DNA of 64,000 bases from Vulcanimicrobiota bacterium (lineage in GTDB: Bacteria; Vulcanimicrobiota; Vulcanimicrobiia; Vulcanimicrobiales; Vulcanimicrobiaceae): NCBI GenBank assembly GCA_963820825.1, contig CAWGBN010000002.1, positions 1-64,000 on the forward strand, given 5' to 3'. Within the stretch, counting starts at the first letter, position 1. Every line of letters starts with the position of its first letter. Below are positions 40,178 to 49,084 of this stretch, one piece after another. The notes beneath the pieces were generated by a model, which was not told where the DNA came from, searched no databases, and saw only the letters and a list, made by a program, of their open reading frames with translations. Both the position numbers and the translations under genes were made by a program.

Positions 40178-41719
40178 CTACTCCCACTCGACGGTCGCCG
40201 GCGGCTTCGTCGTGACGTCGTACGCGATCCGGTTGACGCCGCGCACTTCGTTGACGATGCGCGCAGAGATCCGCTCGAGCAGCTCGTGCGGAAGCCGTGC
40301 CCAGTCGGCCGTCATTCCGTCCTCGCTGGTAATCGCGCGAATCGCCACGAGATTCGCGTACGTACGTCCGTCGCCCATCACGCCGACGCTCTTAACCGGC
40401 GTCAGCACCGCGAAGTATTGCCAGGGGTGCGGATCGAGCGTCGCACCGTCTATCTCCTCGCGGACGATCGCATCGGCGGCGCGCACCACCGCGAGCCGCT
40501 CGGGCGTAACGTCTCCGATGATCCGAACCGCGAGCCCCGGGCCGGGAAAGGGTTGCCGGCCGACGATCCGCTCGGGAAGACCGAGCGCGCGGCCGAGCTC
40601 GCGCACCTCATCTTTGAAGAGCGTGCGCAGCGGCTCGATCAGCGCGAGCCCCATCTTCTCCGGCAGGCCGCCGACGTTGTGATGCGATTTGATCTTCTCG
40701 CCGGCCTTACTCCCGGGCGTCTTCGATTCGATCACGTCGGGGTAGAGCGTGCCTTGCACCAAGTACTTCACGCCCGGAATCTTTGCCGCTTCGCGTTCGA
40801 AGACGTCGATGAACTCGTGGCCGATGATTACCCGCTTGCGCTCCGGATCTTCGACCCCGCGCAGCTTGCTCAAGAACCCGTCGCTCGCATCGACCGCGAC
40901 GACGTTGAGGTGCAGCAGCTCGCGAAAGGCCCCGATTACCTCCTCCGCCTCACCCTGGCGCAGGAGTCCGTGGTCGACGAAGATGCAGGTGAGCTGCTCG
41001 CCGATCGCCCGTGCGACCAGCGTCGCCGCAACCGCCGAATCGACTCCGCCCGAAAGCGCGCAGATCACCTTGTCGTTGCCGACTTGAGCGCGGATCTCGC
41101 CGATAGACTGCTCGAGGAATGAGTCCATCTTCCAATCCCGGCCCAGCCCGGCGACCTCGTGGAGGAAGTTGTCGAGAATCGTTCGCCCGTGCTCGGTATG
41201 CACGACCTCGGGATGGAACTGCACCCCGTAGATCTTCCGCTCGGGATCGCCCATCGCCGCAACGTGACAACGCGCCGTCGACGCGAGCATGCGATACCCG
41301 TTGGGGAGCGAGACGACCGAATCGCCGTGCGACATCCAGACCCGCGACTCTTCCGGGACGCCATCGAAGAGCGGCGTCTCGCGATCGAGAACGACCAGCC
41401 TCGCCGGACCGTACTCTGCGTGATCGAGCTTGACCAGCTCCGCGCCGACGTCGCGCGCGACGAGCTGCATGCCGTAGCAGATGCCCAAAATCGGAACGCC
41501 CGATTCGACGATTGCCGCATCCATCTCCGGTGCGCCCTCGACCATCGTGCTTTCCGGTCCGCCCGAGAGAATCAACGCCGCGGGGTCGCGCGCCGCGAGC
41601 GTATTCCACGGCGTATCGTGCGGAACGATCTCGCAGTAGACGCCGAGCTCGCGGATTCGGCGCGCAATGAGCTGTCCGTACTGCGCGCCGAAGTCGAGAA
41701 CGAAGACGGTTGCGGGCAT
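40178..41719 (-). CDS. guaA: GMP synthase (glutamine-hydrolysing)
   Basis: [43 protein letters not shown]. Confidence 0.97.
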   Translation of the reverse strand: MPATVFVLDFGAQYGQLIARRIRELGVYCEIVPHDTPWNTLAARDPAALILSGGPESTMVEGAPEMDAAIVESGVPILGICYGMQLVARDVGAELVKLDHAEYGPARLVVLDRETPLFDGVPEESRVWMSHGDSVVSLPNGYRMLASTARCHVAAMGDPERKIYGVQFHPEVVHTEHGRTILDNFLHEVAGLGRDWKMDSFLEQSIGEIRAQVGNDKVICALSGGVDSAVAATLVARAIGEQLTCIFVDHGLLRQGEAEEVIGAFRELLHLNVVAVDASDGFLSKLRGVEDPERKRVIIGHEFIDVFEREAAKIPGVKYLVQGTLYPDVIESKTPGSKAGEKIKSHHNVGGLPEKMGLALIEPLRTLFKDEVRELGRALGLPERIVGRQPFPGPGLAVRIIGDVTPERLAVVRAADAIVREEIDGATLDPHPWQYFAVLTPVKSVGVMGDGRTYANLVAIRAITSEDGMTADWARLPHELLERISARIVNEVRGVNRIAYDVTTKPPATVEWE

Positions 41720-41722
41720 CGA

Positions 41723-42262
41723 CTATGCCGCGGCTGCGGCAGCTTTCAGTGCAGTGTCGTAGTCGGGCTCGCTGGCGACGTCGGGGACGATCTGCACGTA
41801 TTTGATCGTGCGGTCCTTGCCGATCACGACGATCGCGCGGGCGTGGAACCCGAGCTCCTCGATCAACAGACCGTAGTTCAACCCGAAACTATGATCGCGA
41901 TAATCCGAGAGCATCCCGAGCTTGATCCCGTCCTGTGCGCCGCACCAGCGCGCCTGCGCGAAGGGCAGGTCCATGCTCACCACGGCGACGCGAACGTTCT
42001 CGGGCAGCTCTCCTAACCGGGCGTTGAACTTCTGCGACTCCATCGAGCAGACGGGCGTATCGAGCGAGGGGACGACGATGAGCATCACCGCGTTCTTCCC
42101 CTCGTCGGTCAAGATCCTGGGCGAGACGGTGGAGAGATCGCCGGTCGTCAACGTAAACTCGGGCGCCGGATCGCCGGCGCGCAGCTCGGGTCCGAGCAGC
42201 GTCATCGGCTTTCCTTTAAATGTCGTAACTCCGGTGCGTGTTTGCACCCCATTGACGGTCAT
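41723..42262 (-). CDS. tpx: thiol peroxidase
   Basis: VPSLDTPVC, SMDLPFAQARWC, EPDYD. Confidence 0.93.
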   Translation of the reverse strand: MTVNGVQTRTGVTTFKGKPMTLLGPELRAGDPAPEFTLTTGDLSTVSPRILTDEGKNAVMLIVVPSLDTPVCSMESQKFNARLGELPENVRVAVVSMDLPFAQARWCGAQDGIKLGMLSDYRDHSFGLNYGLLIEELGFHARAIVVIGKDRTIKYVQIVPDVASEPDYDTALKAAAAAA

Positions 42263-42291
42263 CGGTACCTCCATTAGCGGCTGTTGGTATG

Positions 42292-43428
42292 TTATGTCAA
42301 CACATCTTCGAGGCGATCGGTGTCGCGCGCCATGACGATCTCCATCGCGATGCGCTCGCCGACGGAAACGTCGCGTCCCCATCGGTAGGCGGAGTAGGGC
42401 GTGTAGCGCGTTCCGGGCGAGCCCGGGATGCGCAGCGAGACGTCGTAGCAGACGAGCTCCTTCGGCGGGCCCGCCGTCACGACGCACTGCAATGCGAAGG
42501 GGCCGATCACGCCGGGCGGCTGCGCCTCGCACGCCGCAGCGACGAAACGATCGCCCATCGCAAAGGCCGGTTCGAGCATCGACTCGAGAACGGTGGCCGC
42601 GATATGCCCCGCCTCCTCGAGACGCATCGGCACGTCGCGCACGGCCTCGAACGCAAAGGGCGGCAGGTTGCGAAAGCCTTCGAGATTCGTCTGACGCCGC
42701 GTATCGGTGCCGCTCAGCTCGAGCTCGCCGAGCAGCGGCGAGTAGAAGAAATTGAAGTTGACCGAAGGGCCGAGCGCATACTCCTCGATCCGCGCCGCCG
42801 CAAGCCCCTCCGCGGTCAGCACACCGGCTTCGATCAATCGGTCGCTCGTCGCGCGGTACTCCGCAGGCGACGATGCCAAGAAAAACGCGCGCTCGAAGCT
42901 GACTCGCGCGTGCGGCGCCTTCACCATCACGAGCCGGTCGATCTCCTCCGGTGAGGAAAACTCGCGCGGATGCCTGATCCCGGCCCACCGCAGCAACGCG
43001 TATTGGTTTCCCTCTCCTTCGCGCTCCTCGGCTTTGAGCAGTGCGCGATTGCCGAAAAACGGTACGAGCATCCGCCGTTCGATCTCGTCGTACTCGAACT
43101 TCTGGTGCAAGTAGACCTCGAACGACCGGTTTGCGACGAAGATCACGTTTTGATCGAGCAGCCGGCGCTGCACGTCCGCGCGCAGAATCTCCGTAAAGGC
43201 GTCGAGCTCCAGGGTCGCATCGACGCATCCCCGTCGCGGATTCTCTGCGACGGCAAAGTATCGCGCATACGTCTGCTCGCGTCCCTTTGCGGTCACGACG
43301 AGATTGCGGAGGCCCTGAGTCCGCGCTCCGTATGCCACCTCGAGCGCCGAATGGCTGCCGATCGAACACAGGGTCAAGGCAGAACGATCGTAGACCGCAA
43401 GCGCATCCGTGACGTGCTCCGTACTCAC
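42292..43428 (-). CDS. PurP-like ATP-grasp protein (FAICAR synthetase family), paralogue 2
   Basis: IGSHSALE, NRSF, FFGNR, ERAFF, NFNFFYSP, D.RRQTN, GPFALQ, RIPGSPG, GERIAMEI. Confidence 0.85.
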   Translation of the reverse strand: MSTEHVTDALAVYDRSALTLCSIGSHSALEVAYGARTQGLRNLVVTAKGREQTYARYFAVAENPRRGCVDATLELDAFTEILRADVQRRLLDQNVIFVANRSFEVYLHQKFEYDEIERRMLVPFFGNRALLKAEEREGEGNQYALLRWAGIRHPREFSSPEEIDRLVMVKAPHARVSFERAFFLASSPAEYRATSDRLIEAGVLTAEGLAAARIEEYALGPSVNFNFFYSPLLGELELSGTDTRRQTNLEGFRNLPPFAFEAVRDVPMRLEEAGHIAATVLESMLEPAFAMGDRFVAAACEAQPPGVIGPFALQCVVTAGPPKELVCYDVSLRIPGSPGTRYTPYSAYRWGRDVSVGERIAMEIVMARDTDRLEDVLT

Positions 43429-43435
43429 GACCGCG

Positions 43436-44422
43436 TCATTCGACGCGAACCTTGCCGCCCATGCGCCGCCACACGATCGGCGCATAGATTGCGACGACGG
43501 CGATGCCGGCTACGTTGACGGCGAGCGCGCAGCTCAAGGCGATCGCTGAAGGAGCCGCCGCAAAGATCGAGATCCCTCCGCGTCCGAACGGAAGTCCCGG
43601 CAAAAGGTATGGAAAGATCGTTCCCGCAAACGCGACAAGCAGCGCGATGATAAATGCCGACGTCGCTAGGAAAGCCGTAGCCGGCCGCCCGCGCCGGGCG
43701 CTCCGCCACATCAGGAGGAGCGCCGAGACCGAGACCGCCGGCATCGCGAAGAGCCACGCCGCCCGAACCGGCCCGTGCGCTACGAACGTAAGCCCGGTTA
43801 CGACGAGATAAAGCGCACCGACGACCCAAACCCCGGCGCCCACAACACGCATCGCGCGGGCGCAGGGCTTGCCCTCGATCCGCATGGCCGCAAACGCGGC
43901 CCCGTGCGTTGAAAGCGTAACCAGTGCGAAGAGGGCCACCAGCAGCGCGTACGGATTCAACAAGAATGCAAACGTCCCGCGAAAGTACCCGGCCGCATCG
44001 AGCGGCAGACCGTGAAGTAAGTTCCCCAGCGCGAGCCCGAAGATGAAGATCAGCAGCGCACTCGAGAGCGCGAATGCCGTATCCCAAGCCTGATGCCAGA
44101 GCGCCGACGCAAAATGGTCGCGCAGCTCGATCGCGATGCCTCGAAACATGAGCAGCCAGAGACTGACGATGAACGGCAGATAAAAGCCGGAGAATGACGA
44201 GGCGTACGCCGCCGGAAAGAGCGCGAAGAGCGCCGCCGCCGCCGCAATGAGCCATACCTCGTTTCCGTTCCAGAACGGTCCGATGCTCGCCATCACCGCG
44301 CTGCGCTCCCGGTCGTCGCGCGCGATCAGCGGCGCAATCGCGGCGGCGCCGAGGTCGAACCCGTCGAGCACGACGTACGCCGTCAACATAAAGGCGATCA
44401 CGATAAAGGCCGCGACGCTCAC
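43436..44422 (-). CDS. cydB: cytochrome bd oxidase subunit II
   Basis: YVVLDGFDLG, GPFWNGNEVWL, FRGIAIE. Confidence 0.94.
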   Translation of the reverse strand: MSVAAFIVIAFMLTAYVVLDGFDLGAAAIAPLIARDDRERSAVMASIGPFWNGNEVWLIAAAAALFALFPAAYASSFSGFYLPFIVSLWLLMFRGIAIELRDHFASALWHQAWDTAFALSSALLIFIFGLALGNLLHGLPLDAAGYFRGTFAFLLNPYALLVALFALVTLSTHGAAFAAMRIEGKPCARAMRVVGAGVWVVGALYLVVTGLTFVAHGPVRAAWLFAMPAVSVSALLLMWRSARRGRPATAFLATSAFIIALLVAFAGTIFPYLLPGLPFGRGGISIFAAAPSAIALSCALAVNVAGIAVVAIYAPIVWRRMGGKVRVE

Positions 44423-45747
44423 GCCACGCGCCCTCGGCGTGACGGGCCCTCACCGATCTCGCGCAGCATCGAGTATAGGAAGATCACGCCGATCAGGAAG
44501 TACATTCCGAGAAAGCCGATCAGGGTAAAGACCGTTTCGCCGGTCGCGACCGTGGGCGAGCCGCCTTGCGCGGTTTTCATGAGGCCGTAGATAATCCACG
44601 GCTGACGGCCGACTTCGGTAACGATCCAGCCCGCCTCGTTTGCGACGTACGGAAACGGCATCAGCAGCATCAAACACCACAACATTAATCGGGCGCGCCA
44701 GAGACGGCCGGCGAGCAGCAAGAATGCCGCGAGCCCCGACGCCGCCGCAAAGATCATGCCGAGTCCGACCATGACGTGATAGGCGTAGTACGTAAGTTCG
44801 ACCGGGGGCCAAAGGTCACGCGCGTACGCGCTCAGGCCGCCGACGTTCGCGTAACGGTTGCCGTAGGCCAGGAAGCTCAGGAACTCCGGCACGTAAATGG
44901 GATCGATCAGACGGGCGTTCGCAACGTCGGGCATGCCGACGATTGCCAGCGGCGCGCCGCGGGTCGTCTTAAAGAGTCCTTCCATGGCCGCCAGCTTCAC
45001 CGGCTGAAAACTCGTGACGCTCTTGCCGTTACGGTCCCCAGTCGGAAAGACCGCAAGCACGGCAAAGATTAGCCCAACGATCACCCCGGCACGCACGAAT
45101 CGCCGCCCGGCCGACTCGTCACGTTCCGAAAGAAGATAATACGCACCGATGCCCGCGACGATGAAGGCGCCGCAGAGAATCGCCCCGGCAAGGACGTGTG
45201 CGAACTGCCAGAACAAGAATGGCGACGAGAGCACGCGCCAGATGTTTTGCAGCTCGATCGTGCCGTCGGTCCGAATCGCGTAACCGACCGGATGCTGCAT
45301 CCAGGCCTCCGTCGCAATCACGAAAAAGCCGGAGAGCCACGAACCGAGGCACACGAAAACGGCCGACCACGCGGTGAACGCGTCCGGCGGTCCGCTGCGC
45401 CCGTAGAGCACCACGCCGAGAAAGATCGACTCCAGGAAGAACGCAAAGACGCTTTCCATCGCGAGCGGCTGCCCGACAACCGAGCCGGATCGTTGCGCAA
45501 AGGCAGCCCAGTTGGTACCGAACTGAAACTCCATGGGGATGCCGCTGACCACGCCGACGGCGAAGTTGATCGCGAAGATTCGCGTGAAAAACCTCGCGAT
45601 CCGCGCCGATTCTTCATCGCGGTCGCGGGCGGCTTTCCACGTATAGGCCGCGACAAACGGCGCCAACCCCATCGTTCCGATCGGAAAGAGGTAATGGAAC
45701 ATGACGGTAAACGCGAACTGCAGACGGTCGGCGAGTACCGGATCCAC
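44419..45747 (-). CDS. cydA: cytochrome bd oxidase subunit I (short Q-loop)
   Basis: RLQFAFT..FHYLF, EFQFGTNW, WMQHP, QPVKLAAMEG, GWIVTEVGRQPW. Confidence 0.95.
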   Translation of the reverse strand: MDPVLADRLQFAFTVMFHYLFPIGTMGLAPFVAAYTWKAARDRDEESARIARFFTRIFAINFAVGVVSGIPMEFQFGTNWAAFAQRSGSVVGQPLAMESVFAFFLESIFLGVVLYGRSGPPDAFTAWSAVFVCLGSWLSGFFVIATEAWMQHPVGYAIRTDGTIELQNIWRVLSSPFLFWQFAHVLAGAILCGAFIVAGIGAYYLLSERDESAGRRFVRAGVIVGLIFAVLAVFPTGDRNGKSVTSFQPVKLAAMEGLFKTTRGAPLAIVGMPDVANARLIDPIYVPEFLSFLAYGNRYANVGGLSAYARDLWPPVELTYYAYHVMVGLGMIFAAASGLAAFLLLAGRLWRARLMLWCLMLLMPFPYVANEAGWIVTEVGRQPWIIYGLMKTAQGGSPTVATGETVFTLIGFLGMYFLIGVIFLYSMLREIGEGPSRRGRVA

Positions 45748-45762
45748 GGCAAAACCGCGAGG

Positions 45763-46878
45763 CTACGTTCCCAGCAGCTTGCGCGCTTGGGCGCTGTCTT
45801 GATATTCTACGGTGAGAATCGCCTTGATCTCCGACGCGGCACCGCGCGACTGCCGGTCGGTCATGCGCTGCAGCGTCGTGTAACACCAGTAGAGCAGCAT
45901 CGGAAGATCGCGATCGCGGGGATAGACCCGCTGCATCGCAACGATTGCCTTGGCAACGTCCATCGCCGGGTCGCTCTCGGCGTTGCCGTAGTTGTAATCG
46001 AGCATGAAATTGATGTGCTTGAGCCGGTTCTCGATCTCGAGAATCGACATGCCCATCGGCCCGAAGTATTCGTCGGCCGGAGCGAGCGTCGACAGGTAGG
46101 CGTCGTGCGGCATGGAGCTGACGGTGGCGATCACGCGAAGCGGATCGACGGCTTTCAGCCGCGCGAGAAAGCGCTGCGCGTTGGCGACCTCCGCTCCGCT
46201 ATATCCACGATCGGTCGAGGCGCCGCTCGCGGCGTTCACCAGCTCGTTGCCCCAGGTCGTCGGCAGATGCGCGACCGGAAAGTTCGGCGCCGCGGCGCGC
46301 GAAAACGCAAGCGCTCGCCACGACGGATTGTGCGTCAAGAGCCACCCGCGCCAATCGGCCTCGACTTGGATCAGCAGCGCGTCGATATCCCCGGGGTAGG
46401 CTTTGACGTTCGCCGTCGCATCGGCATCGGCGAAACGAGCGAGCTGGGCCGGATCGTCCTCGGAGTTCACGCGCTGCAGTAGGTTCTGCGCCTGCGAGAG
46501 CAGTTGCAGATCCTCCGAGTGCTTCGAGACCCAATCGGCGGCCTCGCGCACCCACCAGACGGCGGCGTCGTGATTGGTCAACGGATTGTAATGCAAGCCC
46601 TGACCGATGCGGACGGTGAGCGTGGCCAGCTCGCCGTAGTTCGTATCGTCCGGATACTGCAGCGAATAGGCCCGGCCGGCATTGAAAATCGTCGAAAGAT
46701 AGAGCTCCTGCGAGCGAAAGTCCCAGCCGGCCGCCGAGCCTTTCGCGTACGCGTCCTTCATTTGCGCGTAAAGGACGGCCGGATCGACCTCGAGCGTCGC
46801 TAGCGCCGGCGTCGGTGCGACGACCGTCACGAGCAGCGCGAATACGAGCGCAGCGCCACTACAGAATGCTCGAGTCAT
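45763..46878 (-). CDS. exported alpha-helical hypothetical protein
   Basis: signal peptide; APADEYFG motif; start overlaps the purP stop. Confidence 0.75.
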   Translation of the reverse strand: MTRAFCSGAALVFALLVTVVAPTPALATLEVDPAVLYAQMKDAYAKGSAAGWDFRSQELYLSTIFNAGRAYSLQYPDDTNYGELATLTVRIGQGLHYNPLTNHDAAVWWVREAADWVSKHSEDLQLLSQAQNLLQRVNSEDDPAQLARFADADATANVKAYPGDIDALLIQVEADWRGWLLTHNPSWRALAFSRAAAPNFPVAHLPTTWGNELVNAASGASTDRGYSGAEVANAQRFLARLKAVDPLRVIATVSSMPHDAYLSTLAPADEYFGPMGMSILEIENRLKHINFMLDYNYGNAESDPAMDVAKAIVAMQRVYPRDRDLPMLLYWCYTTLQRMTDRQSRGAASEIKAILTVEYQDSAQARKLLGT

Positions 46879-47881
46879 CCAAAACCAAATGTAAATTATT
46901 GGTCAGCAGCGCGTTCTTGATCTCGCGTGCGATCCGCCGTCCCGTCGACATCGGCTCCGAATAGTTGAGATACGAATAGGGCGAGCCGTCGATGAAGAGA
47001 TTCGTCCCGGCGACGATCCGCGCTGAGATCTCCATCACGTAGAATTGAATGTCGGGTGTAATGATCGTCTCGATGCAGAACGCGCCGAAGAGACCTTTCG
47101 GGCCGCAGATCTCCTTGCTCACGCGCACCACGTCGTCACCCATGCGCAGCGCCTCGGCGAGCATCGATTCACGCAACGAGACCGGCTGATTGCCGACGAC
47201 CACGTACGAGGGGCTGACGTCCATGCCTTCCTGCGCCGCGGCCGGAATGCGGCCGAGCGAATCGACGTTCGTCTCGTAGCGGCGATCCATCGACATGATC
47301 TCGAGCTTGTGCTGCAGCGGCGAGTAGAAGTAGTGAATGTAGAGCGGTACCCCGATGATGTACTCTTGGATCGTATAGGCTTCTTTCAGATGCGCCGCGC
47401 GGACTTCGAAGTCGTGCGTATCTTGAATGAACATGTAACCCTTGCCGCCCGCCGCCCCGTAGAGCTTGACGATGACCGGCCGGTCAATCTCGGCGCCGCT
47501 GCGAAACTGGCGCGGCAGCTTCAGGCCCGCGCGCGAGAGCCACTCGCGCTGCAGCTCGCGGCTCGCCTCCCAATCGAGAACCGCCTTATTACCGAAGTAG
47601 GGTATCGTCATCTTCTTATGTTCGTCGAGCGAGAGGTACGCGACGAACGAGCCGTGCGGAACGATGATGACCTTGCGCTTCTGGAGCTCCGCGATCTGGG
47701 ACATGAACTCGGAGTAATCGTTGAGCGCGATCACCCCGTCCACGAAGGCGAACGACTTATAGAGGCGCTCCGTGTCGCGATTCGAGACGGCGAGGGTGCG
47801 AAAACCCTCGTCGTGCGCGCCTTTTAATATCTGCAGCGCCGAGTGCGAGCCGAGCGTCGCGATCGTGTACGGGCGGTCCAT
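46859..47881 (-). CDS. purP: formate-dependent FAICAR synthetase (archaeal-type PurP)
   Basis: IATLGSHSALQILKGAHDEGF, VPHGSF, GAAGGKGY, DRRYETN, EISARIVAGTN, MSTGRRIAREI. Confidence 0.92.
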   Translation of the reverse strand: MDRPYTIATLGSHSALQILKGAHDEGFRTLAVSNRDTERLYKSFAFVDGVIALNDYSEFMSQIAELQKRKVIIVPHGSFVAYLSLDEHKKMTIPYFGNKAVLDWEASRELQREWLSRAGLKLPRQFRSGAEIDRPVIVKLYGAAGGKGYMFIQDTHDFEVRAAHLKEAYTIQEYIIGVPLYIHYFYSPLQHKLEIMSMDRRYETNVDSLGRIPAAAQEGMDVSPSYVVVGNQPVSLRESMLAEALRMGDDVVRVSKEICGPKGLFGAFCIETIITPDIQFYVMEISARIVAGTNLFIDGSPYSYLNYSEPMSTGRRIAREIKNALLTNNLHLVLDDSSIL

Positions 47882-47891
47882 GCGCTCCTAG

Positions 47892-48320
47892 TTACTCGCC
47901 CTCGCCGCGATTGTCCCGGTCGCGCTCATGCTGCGACGTAACCGCGCGGTCGATCGCCGGATTGCACAAAAGTCGCTCGATCGCCGCGTCGAGCACGGCG
48001 CGCCCCGCCGGCGCACCGCTCTCGTCGAAGAGGCGCCAGGCGGTCACGGCATGCCGTTCGTGCGCGGCGAGCGGTTCGATCCAGACTTCGCCGGCACGCG
48101 GGCGCGTTTCGTCGAGGACGGCGAGGCGGTGCTTGTTGGGATTGAAGATCGTCTCGTCGGCGCGAACGCGCGCCGCGAGCGCGGCGGCGTCGTCCGATTC
48201 GTAGAAATAGACCTCGCTGCGTTCGAGCCGCGCGACGTCGACGCAGAGGCGGCGCAGCGTCACGAGCGCCGTATACGCGGTGTTGTCGGGGATCTTGAGC
48301 GAGATCGCGACCGCGCGCAT
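47892..48320 (-). CDS. PurS-like FGAM synthase subunit, double length
   Basis: follows purL-purQ; ISLKIPD start; two NP motifs (IFNPNKH, LLCNPAID) resembling the PurS LLANPVIE motif. Confidence 0.6.
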   Translation of the reverse strand: MRAVAISLKIPDNTAYTALVTLRRLCVDVARLERSEVYFYESDDAAALAARVRADETIFNPNKHRLAVLDETRPRAGEVWIEPLAAHERHAVTAWRLFDESGAPAGRAVLDAAIERLLCNPAIDRAVTSQHERDRDNRGEGE

Positions 48321-49084
48321 TATGCCGATACCGCCGCAACGAAGCTTTTAAAGAGCGTTGCCCCGCCCGAGGGCGCGAGCACCTCGCCGTCGCGACGGTC
48401 GAGATGATTGAAATTCCACCCGTCGCGTTCGGGATGCGGCATGATCGCCAGCACGTTCCCCTCCGGATTGACGAGCCCGGCACAGCCGAGCGCCGAGGCG
48501 TTGGGGATTGCCGCCTCGTCGACGCGGCCGTCGGCGTGCGCGTACACGAAGAGCAAGTGCCCGCCGGCACGGATCTCGTCGAGGTGTTCCGGTGTGGCGG
48601 CAAGACGCCCCTCGGCATGCGCCGCCCACGCCGGAACGAGCGCCTCCTCGGGCAAGGCCGCGGTGATCGCGCTGCGCGACGGAGCGGCCGCGAGCTTCAT
48701 GTAGACGTGACGGCAGACAAAGTGCGGCTCCGGACCGTTGCGGGCAAATGCCGCCGTGGGTTTGCGAATCGCTCCGGTACCCGGCACGAGGCCCGCCTCG
48801 AGCAGAATCTGCGCGCCGTTGCAGATGCCGAAGACGAGCCGTCCGCGCTGCACCCCCTCGATCACGAAATCCATCATGCGGTCGTGCGCGGCGATCGCGC
48901 CGGCGCGAACGCGATCCTCGTAGGCGAAGCCTCCGGAGAGAACGTACGCGTCGTACTCGCGCAGCCGCTCCGCCTGCGTCCAGTGCACCAGCGCCGCCTC
49001 GCCGCCGCAGTCGCGCAGCAGACGCAGCGTTTCGTCCTCCGAGTTCGTTCCGGGAAAGACGAGCACCGCAATGCGCGCGCTCAT
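48320..49084 (-). CDS. purQ: FGAM synthase glutaminase subunit
   Basis: VFPGTNSE, GGFAYED, GICNGAQIL, HAEGR, MPHPER. Confidence 0.95.
   Translation of the reverse strand: MSARIAVLVFPGTNSEDETLRLLRDCGGEAALVHWTQAERLREYDAYVLSGGFAYEDRVRAGAIAAHDRMMDFVIEGVQRGRLVFGICNGAQILLEAGLVPGTGAIRKPTAAFARNGPEPHFVCRHVYMKLAAAPSRSAITAALPEEALVPAWAAHAEGRLAATPEHLDEIRAGGHLLFVYAHADGRVDEAAIPNASALGCAGLVNPEGNVLAIMPHPERDGWNFNHLDRRDGEVLAPSGGATLFKSFVAAVSA

Noticed and set aside
39194..41122. Long opposite-strand ORFs (for example 39194-41122, 9361-10803, 51338-52795, 45196-46482)
   Set aside because: Shadow ORFs of high-GC genes; Arg/Ala-rich with no recognisable motifs.
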